A stretch of 64,000 nt of DNA from an uncultured Nitrososphaerota archaeon (GTDB lineage Archaea; Thermoproteota; EX4484-205; JAAOZP01), in the NCBI GenBank assembly GCA_964416155.1, contig CAYQCW010000001.1, positions 64,001 through 128,000 on the forward strand. The letters are read 5' to 3'. The notes beneath the pieces were generated by a model that did not search any database, had not been told where the DNA came from, and was given only the letters and a program-made list of their open reading frames with translations. This document shows, one piece after another, positions 57,200 through 64,000 of this stretch; position 1 is the first letter of the stretch; each line of letters starts with the position of its first letter. A program made the translations under genes and the position numbers.

Positions 57200-58228
57200 C
57201 TAAACCCATTCTCTAAGAGTAGTGCCCTTCCCAGCAGACCTGTAGAAGCTCCTCATTCTTTCAATAAGCTTAGAAACCCTATCCTTAGAGAAACCTTTTT
57301 CAAAGTGGAGGAACTCCATCAACCTTACCTCATCAAGCCCCGCATATTTAACAGAATACTCTTTTCTAACATCCGGCTCCATGAATACTCTTCTAACCTC
57401 AGCGTAATTCTCCGGAATCTTGGGAAGAATGTTTCTGGGGATTTCATCTATCCGCCCATATTTCTTAATAAGCTGCAGAGCTTTTTTAGGGCCAACCCCC
57501 CTAACACCCTCGTTGAAATCCGTCCCGACAAGTATAGCAATATCCACCAGCTGTTCTCTAGTAATCCCCAGTCTGCCTAAAGCTTCTTCAGCCTCTATGA
57601 GCTCAGGCTTCAAAACCTTCGAGTAACCCTTACTCGGTAAAAACTCAGTGCTACGTATAGCTAAGTTTCTAACAAGCCTCGGAGAACCATATAGGAGAGT
57701 ATCATAGTCTCTTCCAGCAACAGCATATGCATCTCCCTTCTGAACTATGAATGCTGCTTGAGCTTCAGCGTCCGATGGTGCTTCGACAAATGGGAGACCC
57801 ATTGCCGACAGAAGCATCTTGGCGTCTTCAACCATCGTACTAGTTAATCTTGTTGAGGAAACGGCCTTGGAGAAGCCTTCTGCAAGCCTACCCTCTTTTA
57901 TCGCTCGCCTCCACTCGGCTAAAGCCTTCTCTCTCCTATGTCTCCTCTCATCAAGCTCCCTCAGCTTGAGCGGGATAGGCCTCCCGTCGAATACGAATAT
58001 GAAACGCATGTCATAGTCGCACAGAAGCCTTGTAACCCTGAAGGCGAAACCTATTAGGTGGGACGTAACGTTGCCCTCAGCATCCGTGAAAAACGATCCG
58101 TCAGGCTTACGTATTAACGCGAGAAACTGGTAGAGCATCTGATTAGCATCGATCGCGAAGCTTTCCCCTCTGAAGCTTTCAAGACGCATCGGCTTCCTGA
58201 CGATTATGGATGTTAAATTAACCCCCAT
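57200..58228 (-). CDS. fen: Flap endonuclease 1 (archaeal FEN-1), divergent
   Basis: MGVNL, AIDANQMLYQFL, TSHL, VFDG, SDAEAQAA, DYDTLLYG, LVGTDFN, GVGPKKA, C-terminal TLREWV. Confidence 0.9.
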   Translation of the reverse strand: MGVNLTSIIVRKPMRLESFRGESFAIDANQMLYQFLALIRKPDGSFFTDAEGNVTSHLIGFAFRVTRLLCDYDMRFIFVFDGRPIPLKLRELDERRHRREKALAEWRRAIKEGRLAEGFSKAVSSTRLTSTMVEDAKMLLSAMGLPFVEAPSDAEAQAAFIVQKGDAYAVAGRDYDTLLYGSPRLVRNLAIRSTEFLPSKGYSKVLKPELIEAEEALGRLGITREQLVDIAILVGTDFNEGVRGVGPKKALQLIKKYGRIDEIPRNILPKIPENYAEVRRVFMEPDVRKEYSVKYAGLDEVRLMEFLHFEKGFSKDRVSKLIERMRSFYRSAGKGTTLREWV

Positions 58229-58440
58229 CTGGGCCCCGAACCACCTATTGTTATTATTCCGCGACATTTATGGTTTTCAAGCATATTTTTGGAGGAATAT
58301 AGGTAAAGAAGACGATTATTTTAAAAATCGGTCTTTTAAAAAGTAGGCTATTGTACTTCTCAACATGTCTAATCCTAATATCCTCAACAAGCTTCATCAG
58401 CAAAATTATTCTCAGCGTTCAGGCAGGAGCGCGCGGCGCA

Positions 58441-58824
58441 ATGGAGCAGTAGAGCTGGGCTTTACTGTTTCTCGGAGACATCTCAGACAGCAGGGGCTTT
58501 CCGACAGGCGACTATTATGTGGAGATTATGTCGAGCGATACCTTAGGAAACTGGCTTGACGGGAGGACCTATGGGTTCGGGCTCGGCAGGCCTCTGATTA
58601 ATGTGGCAAGCTTTAGCGTTGAATCAAACACTTTAAGATAAGGGATCAGAGGAGATCTCGCTCGACGCCCTAAACGATGGTTAGATAACCCTCTCGGGGA
58701 AATGCATCTTCATGATGCAGAGGGGAACAATACTGTTTGGAGCAGTCACCTTAATTTTTCATCCCTTGCGCCCGGAGGCTCTTTTAGGTTCACCTCAACT
58801 TGGAACACGCGCGCTAAAGGTTAA
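58441..58824 (+). pseudogene. Fragment of a surface/S-layer-like Ig-fold (CARDB-like) protein
   Basis: Frames give DSRGFPTGDYYVEIMSSDTLGNWLDG..INVASFSVE* and SSLAPGGSFRFTSTWNT, interrupted by stops and frameshifts. Confidence 0.4.
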
Positions 58825-58849
58825 ATCGAGGTGTGTGAAGATATTCCCG

Positions 58850-59446
58850 TTGGCTAGAGAATATAAACTTGAAACCCCCCTCGGAAAGGAAGAAGTTACT
58901 AAACTCAGGGCTGGAGACATTCTGTATGTTAGCGGGGAAGTTTTTACGAGTAGGGATAGGACTCAAAAATTAATATTGGAGAACAGGAATAGGCTGCCCT
59001 TTTCCCTTCAGGGCCTCATCGAGTTTCACGCAGGTCCAATAGTTAGGAGGAAGAATTCCGAGTGGAAGATTGTTTCAATCGGCCCCACCACGAGTTTCCG
59101 AATGGAGGATAACGAATACGAGTTTATCAGGGAGACAGGGGTTGTAGGCATCATTGGAAAAGGTGGTATGGGGAGTAGAACCATGGAGGCATGCCGAGAA
59201 TTTAAAGCCTTCTACGGGGTTCTTCCCGGGGGAGCCGCGGCGCTGATTGCTAAAAGCGTTAAACGTATTATTGGAGTCTACTGGCTTGAAGAGCTTAGAG
59301 CCCCTGAGGCAATGTGGCATCTCGAGGTTAAGGAGCTTGGCCCGATAACAATTGTAATAGATGCTTTTGGAAACGATCTGTACGAGGACCTTAGGAGAAG
59401 GGTTGGCGAAAACCTTTCGCGAGTTTTGAAAAGCCTGGAGGAATAA
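58850..59446 (+). CDS. Class I fumarate hydratase / L-tartrate dehydratase beta subunit
   Basis: LRAGDILYVSG..TSRD, HAGP, GPTTSFRM, IGKGGM, PEAMW, IDAFGN. The ORF-track N-terminal extension is probably spurious. Confidence 0.9.
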   Translation: MAREYKLETPLGKEEVTKLRAGDILYVSGEVFTSRDRTQKLILENRNRLPFSLQGLIEFHAGPIVRRKNSEWKIVSIGPTTSFRMEDNEYEFIRETGVVGIIGKGGMGSRTMEACREFKAFYGVLPGGAAALIAKSVKRIIGVYWLEELRAPEAMWHLEVKELGPITIVIDAFGNDLYEDLRRRVGENLSRVLKSLEE

Positions 59447-59449
59447 AAA

Positions 59450-60325
59450 ATGCATCCAGCTAAGCTTAAGGAATATGTTGTTGAAGCAATAAGGCTCTGC
59501 GAAACATCCCTCCCAGTAGATGTTAAGAACCGTCTGAAAGAAGCCTATGAGTGTGAAGAAAGGGAGGTTCCGAGGAAAATACTGGGTGTCCTCCTGGAGA
59601 ATGTTGAAACCGCCGAAAAAGAGGGCAAACCCATATGCCAAGATACAGGCACGTTAACATTCTATGTTAAGAGAGGAGAATGGTGGGAGGATGAGCTGCG
59701 GAGAATCATTGTTGAGGCTGTTGTGGAGGCAAGTGGTAAAATACCTTTGAGGCCGAACGCGATAGATTTCCCCTCCGGGAGGAATTCCGGGGACAATACG
59801 GGGAGATTCATCCCGTGGATCCTTTGGGAGCCCGGTACGGAAAGCTTAGAGATAACTGTGGTCGCTAAGGGAGGGGGCTCGGAGGCCGTTTCAAGCCTAA
59901 GGGTTTTACCCGCTACCGCTGGGAGAAAGGAGATCTTTCAAACGGTGTTGGAGAGCGTTGCGCAAGCTGGAGCCAAGCCATGCCCTCCCATCGTAGTTGG
60001 AGTCGGTATTGGCCCATCTTCGGATATAGCATTGGATCTTGCTAAAAGAGCCGTTTACTTAAGGCCTCTTGGAAAGAGGCATGAGAACAGCGTTATTGCG
60101 GGAATGGAGGAGGATCTTTTAAGAAAGATTAACAGGCTTGATATAGGTGTTCACGGCTTCGGCGGTGTAACCGCCCTGGATATCCATATCGAGTATGCTT
60201 CCATTCACCCGTCTTCCATGGCTGTCGGGATTGTAGCCAGCTGCTGGGCGTTAAGAAGAGCCACGTTAAAAGTTCATGAAAAATCCGCAAGTATTACGAG
60301 TCATAATATTTCCCTAACGTCTTAA
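59450..60325 (+). CDS. Class I fumarate hydratase / L-tartrate dehydratase alpha subunit (4Fe-4S)
   Basis: PICQDTG, LRPN, KGGGSE, PCPP..GVGIG, HPSS, SCWALR. Confidence 0.92.
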   Translation: MHPAKLKEYVVEAIRLCETSLPVDVKNRLKEAYECEEREVPRKILGVLLENVETAEKEGKPICQDTGTLTFYVKRGEWWEDELRRIIVEAVVEASGKIPLRPNAIDFPSGRNSGDNTGRFIPWILWEPGTESLEITVVAKGGGSEAVSSLRVLPATAGRKEIFQTVLESVAQAGAKPCPPIVVGVGIGPSSDIALDLAKRAVYLRPLGKRHENSVIAGMEEDLLRKINRLDIGVHGFGGVTALDIHIEYASIHPSSMAVGIVASCWALRRATLKVHEKSASITSHNISLTS

Positions 60326-60394
60326 AATAAGCAAATCCGAACCTTTTACCTTCTCCCAAAAAGGCTTTTATTAATCTTCTATTTTAGAAATATT

Positions 60395-60796
60395 GTGGAG
60401 AGAAGGATAAGATACATGGACAAGCTTGCTCATATAGATAGGAGGATGGCTAATATAGAATCTTGGTTACCCTCCCAAGATGAAGAGAGAACTCGATTAG
60501 CGATCTACAAGGCTTTTCAGGAGATAGTTGAAGCATTCTTTGATGTGCTATCTATGAAACTCGTCGAATTGAAAATACCCCCAAAAGACGATTATACTAA
60601 CATTCTGTTAATTGAAGAAAAAGGATTAATCGATAAAGATACCTCCAGTATTCTGAGAAGTGCAAACGGATTGAGAAATAGACTTGTCCATAACTATAAC
60701 AAAATATCAGACAAATTAGCGCTGGAATCGATAAAAACCCTCCTTCCCAAATTGGCTAAAATAAGGAAGGATTTAGAGTCATGGACGAATACATAG
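60395..60796 (+). CDS. HEPN (DUF86/HepT-like) RNase toxin
   Basis: YKAFQEIVE, PKDDY, GLRNRLVHNY (RX4HXY motif). Confidence 0.88.
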   Translation: MERRIRYMDKLAHIDRRMANIESWLPSQDEERTRLAIYKAFQEIVEAFFDVLSMKLVELKIPPKDDYTNILLIEEKGLIDKDTSSILRSANGLRNRLVHNYNKISDKLALESIKTLLPKLAKIRKDLESWTNT

Positions 60797-61140
60797 ACCT
60801 ATACCAGTTATCCGAGATTAAGGGTGTTTTAGCAATACTCCTATTCGGCTCTAAGGCGAAGGGCGAATCGATGATAAGAGATGTCGACGTTTGCATAGTT
60901 GCACCAGAGGTTAACGATAAAGCAGGATTACTGCTAGACGTGTTCTCCAGGGTTAATAACCAGAAGTACGATATCTGGTTGTTTGAAGAACTTCCACTCT
61001 ATATGAAGGCTGAAATCATAAAGACCCACAAGGTAGTATGGTGTGGAGATATAGACGAGCTTTACGACTATTTCGCTAACCTTATGAAAATATGGAGAGA
61101 CCAAGAAGTCAGAATTAGAACGTATATCAAAGAATTATAA
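60781..61140 (+). CDS. Minimal nucleotidyltransferase (MNT) antitoxin
   Basis: LFGSKAKG...RDVDVCIV, YDI..FEELPLYM; overlaps the HEPN gene by 16 nt. Confidence 0.88.
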   Translation: MDEYIDLYQLSEIKGVLAILLFGSKAKGESMIRDVDVCIVAPEVNDKAGLLLDVFSRVNNQKYDIWLFEELPLYMKAEIIKTHKVVWCGDIDELYDYFANLMKIWRDQEVRIRTYIKEL

Positions 61141-61533
61141 AAGAGGCGGATATAAATTGCTTGACCAACCGCTTAACGCATGACGAAGGAAAAACAAGGT
61201 AGAAAAGAAAAACTACACACATTCTCGTCCGAAAACGTCTTCTTCGAGTTGAAAACAGTAAAAAATGTTATTTATTTTTTAAGTAATCTCTCCCACTAGC
61301 TCTGAGTCTTTCAATTTGGGATTTCTAGCCTTATTCGAAGAGCTGATTGAATATACTGCAATTGGTATTTAAATCACTCACTTTAGATTCAAGGTCTCAG
61401 CAACCATGTGGCGCGCGCAAGCGGAAGTAAACGGGATTCATGTCAAGCAATTTCGGAATAAGCTAGCTCGCGCTTTCTGGCAACTAAAGGATGGGAGTAA
61501 ACTCGAAAATTCGTCCTTTCGAGCGCGTGAAGT

Positions 61534-62184
61534 CTATCTCCCAGTGGCCCAGATCCTCTGGAACTCCCTTTCAAGGGCCGCGGCCAGCTCCGTGCTTTGA
61601 ATCACCAGCAAGTTCTCATTGTTATCTCGGTCTGCTGACGCAGTCCAATTGAAGCTGCCGATCAAGACTATGTGACCGTCGATTATCGCTACCTTGTGGT
61701 GCATGAGATTCGGGTTGGTGTCGTTCCTCACCTGGACTCCAGCTGCCTTCAGGCGGAAGTATTCGCTATACTTCGTAACTTGCTGCTCCTCGAACACGAT
61801 CTTAACCTCTACCCCTCTTTGGTATGCGGCAAGAACCGCGTCGCCTATACTGTCGAGAGTGAAGCTATAGATTAGGACGTGGATGCTCAAGTTAGCCCTG
61901 TCCAGCCAGTGGATCAAGGTTGAAGCACATCCGCCCCTTGGAGAGAAGTAGACACCCAAGATTGATACCTCAGGGACAGCTTCGACAGCCTTCAGCGCTA
62001 CTATCGTGGCGTTCAGCTCTTGAATCTCTTCATTCAGCCGCGAAATTTCGGCCTGAGCGGCACCTAGCTGAGACTGGAGGGAGCTGATCTGAGACCCGGC
62101 GAGACCGAAGTATCCCAAGGCCACGCCGATTAGAAGCCCGCCAACGGCCAGGGCAACCGCCTCATTTTTCATTTTCGATGGCAC
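61534..62184 (-). CDS. Membrane-anchored phospholipase D-family nuclease (Nuc/PLDc_2-like) with coiled-coil stalk
   Basis: N-terminal TM (AVGGLLIGVALGYF), heptad coiled coil, YFSPRGG, IYSFT, single HHKVAIID + GSFNW + NNENL. Confidence 0.85.
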   Translation of the reverse strand: MPSKMKNEAVALAVGGLLIGVALGYFGLAGSQISSLQSQLGAAQAEISRLNEEIQELNATIVALKAVEAVPEVSILGVYFSPRGGCASTLIHWLDRANLSIHVLIYSFTLDSIGDAVLAAYQRGVEVKIVFEEQQVTKYSEYFRLKAAGVQVRNDTNPNLMHHKVAIIDGHIVLIGSFNWTASADRDNNENLLVIQSTELAAALEREFQRIWATGR

Positions 62185-62410
62185 CTGAATTCCTAGAGAT
62201 TTGGATTAATAAATCATACTTAGATGGCAGCAAGGCAAACTCTTAATCCAGGATAACTGCACACAATAATAGCGCGTGCTTTTCTCCGCTTTTTCGTCTA
62301 ATTATATTTGGTCAGAGGATTAGTTGAATCTCAAACCTTACTTTCCTTCTACAGCTTCTCTAGGAATCTTATGATCTTCTCACGCGCTGAAGCAGGAAAA
62401 GTATTAGAGT

Positions 62411-63301
62411 TTAGGTCTCAGATATTAGCTTCTTGATAAATTCCACGTCCTTTTTCAAAACAGTTTTTCTCTCTTCCCGACCATACTTTCCTAGAGACTC
62501 GTCTTCAACGGTTAAATCGCCAGTATACCCAGCTTTCCTCAAGACCTGAACGACCCTTTTCAAGTCAATATCTCCTTTGTACAGAGGTACTGCAACCTGA
62601 GGGAAATCTTCCCCGGGATGCCTATGCTTTTCCCTTCTAGCTTCAGGATATTTTAGGTTTTTAAGATGAGTATGTTTAACTAGTTTTGCATACTTTTCTA
62701 TGAGTTCATGAACCTTGCTCAATGGATAACCATACCAATAGAAGTTTCCAGTGTCCAATGTTAAGCCTACTCTTTCATCATTTATCTCTTTAAAGGCGTA
62801 GTCTAAAAATCGCTCATCGTTGCTAACATAGCCGTGATTTTCCACGGCATAAGCTACACTGCTACCCTTTGTTTCTCTTAAAAGGAGTTTCATTATTTCA
62901 ACAAAATGCTTAGCATGCTCTTCAACCGGTTTCTCTTCCCTTATTTGCATATGCGAGTTTATCCGTATCACTTCAACTCCGATTTCATCTGCAAGCTGTG
63001 TCGCCTTTTTAATGTAATCTAGCTCCTCCTCCAGATTTTCACTTGCAAAATCATTTTCCAACAATATAGTGCATGGTTTTACACCTGTATTGTTAGAAAA
63101 TTTTAAAAATTCTTTTCTCTCACGAGCGTCTCTCAGGTTAAAACCTAGCTTCACTACGTGGCCCATATCTTCATACGTGTCTTGAGTTAATGTTTTGTTT
63201 ACGTACATTTCATACCTATTTAAACCTAAATCCTTTAGCCCCTTTACCAGATCCTCATAACCAACCCATATTACCGTGAAATCCCTAACTGCGACGTACA
63301 T
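62411..63301 (-). CDS. Sugar phosphate isomerase/epimerase (xylose-isomerase-like TIM barrel)
   Basis: AVENHG, LDTGNF, HTHLKN, GDID, TVEDE metal-binding set. Confidence 0.85.
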   Translation of the reverse strand: MYVAVRDFTVIWVGYEDLVKGLKDLGLNRYEMYVNKTLTQDTYEDMGHVVKLGFNLRDARERKEFLKFSNNTGVKPCTILLENDFASENLEEELDYIKKATQLADEIGVEVIRINSHMQIREEKPVEEHAKHFVEIMKLLLRETKGSSVAYAVENHGYVSNDERFLDYAFKEINDERVGLTLDTGNFYWYGYPLSKVHELIEKYAKLVKHTHLKNLKYPEARREKHRHPGEDFPQVAVPLYKGDIDLKRVVQVLRKAGYTGDLTVEDESLGKYGREERKTVLKKDVEFIKKLISET

Positions 63302-63457
63302 TTTGTCTTACTAACAACAGGGTATTAATAAATCTTATCAAGATAACCAGTAAGACAAACTCTCATCAAAGCTAGCTGTGCAACATTCATAGAATTAAGC
63401 AGCGTGAAAGTTGATCTAGCGTAAATATAGTAAATATATAGCTCAATTAGTACTTGA

Positions 63458-63973
63458 TTATTTTGATTTTAACCCATATTTTTCCCAATGCGTCACTTCT
63501 TCAAGCTGTCTTCTGTTTCTACTAGGTTTCTCATCAGGATAACCGACTGAAACAGTACATAGAACTCTAAGCCCGTCAGGTATTCCAAGCAGCTTCTTTA
63601 TAGGCTCTTCGAAGGGAGTGTTCAACACACCCATCCAGCATGTCCCAAGCCCCATAGAGTGGGCGGCTAGAAGGAAGTTTTGCACGGAAACCGCAACATC
63701 CCCATGATACCAGTTGCTGCTCCTCCCGGGGTCAGCTATGAAAACCACTACGACAGGGCTGTCAGCCATGAATCTCCCATACCTATGTATCTCCGCCAGC
63801 TTCCTCCTAGTCTCCGGGTTCTTCACCACCAGGAACTCCCAGGGCTGAGAATTGTTTGCTGAGGGAGCCCATCTAGCTGCTTCAAGACACGCCATTATCT
63901 TCTCATCCTCCACTGGAGTCGACTTATACTTTCTAATGCTCCTCCTGGTTTTAATCGCCTCCATCACATCCAT
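63458..63973 (-). CDS. Nitroreductase family protein
   Basis: RRSIRKY, APSANNSQPW, GLGTCWMG, VGYP. Confidence 0.92.
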   Translation of the reverse strand: MDVMEAIKTRRSIRKYKSTPVEDEKIMACLEAARWAPSANNSQPWEFLVVKNPETRRKLAEIHRYGRFMADSPVVVVFIADPGRSSNWYHGDVAVSVQNFLLAAHSMGLGTCWMGVLNTPFEEPIKKLLGIPDGLRVLCTVSVGYPDEKPSRNRRQLEEVTHWEKYGLKSK

Positions 63974-64000
63974 CCTTAAACACCTGAGAAGATTATAATC

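Noticed and set aside
58712-58849. N-terminal extension of the fumarase beta ORF (similar extensions at 1357, 20370, 23182, 53141, 58267)
   Set aside because: Family homology and TATA/SD positions begin at downstream start codons, so these are ORF-caller artefacts.
61141-61533. AT-rich spacer with a 64-aa ORF (61406-61600) and a short hairpin CTCGAAA..TTTCGAG
   Set aside because: The ORF has no recognisable motif and overlaps the PLD gene end; the hairpin is at most a terminator.
1-64000. Numerous 60-190 aa ORFs antisense or out of frame to larger genes; search for tRNA, rRNA, CRISPR arrays and transposases
   Set aside because: The shadow ORFs lack motifs and lie within well-supported genes. 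No repeat-spacer array, tRNA arms or transposase motifs were recognised by eye.

Overview
Archaeal genomic window. Evidence: archaeal FEN-1, a DUF2208-type membrane protein, TATA boxes about 25 nt upstream of apparently leaderless start codons, and many TTG/GTG starts. A Thermoproteota/TACK-type heterotroph such as Brockarchaeota or Bathyarchaeia is an inference only. The window is dominated by carbohydrate metabolism: a set of signal-peptide-less glycoside hydrolases (GH31, GH38, GH116, GH35, GH78, GHL6-like), a heparinase II/III-like lyase, a glycogen cluster (GT4s, GH57, GalT, NDP-glucose synthase), a single-chain transketolase, Gfo/Idh/MocA oxidoreductases and several URO-D-like TIM barrels. 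The most unusual unit is a four-gene operon (45032-49775): a deoxyhypusine-synthase-like domain fused to a GmhA-type phosphoheptose isomerase, an HldE-like kinase, a HAD phosphatase and a PMI-like cupin, with no nucleotidyltransferase. The left edge looks like the relic of a virus- or plasmid-like element, and the right end carries a HEPN-MNT toxin-antitoxin pair and a membrane-anchored PLD nuclease. Four pseudogene relics, a probable ACG start codon and a shared palindromic promoter motif were also found. No tRNA, rRNA, CRISPR array or IS element was recognised. All family calls come from motif recognition by eye, not from database searches.
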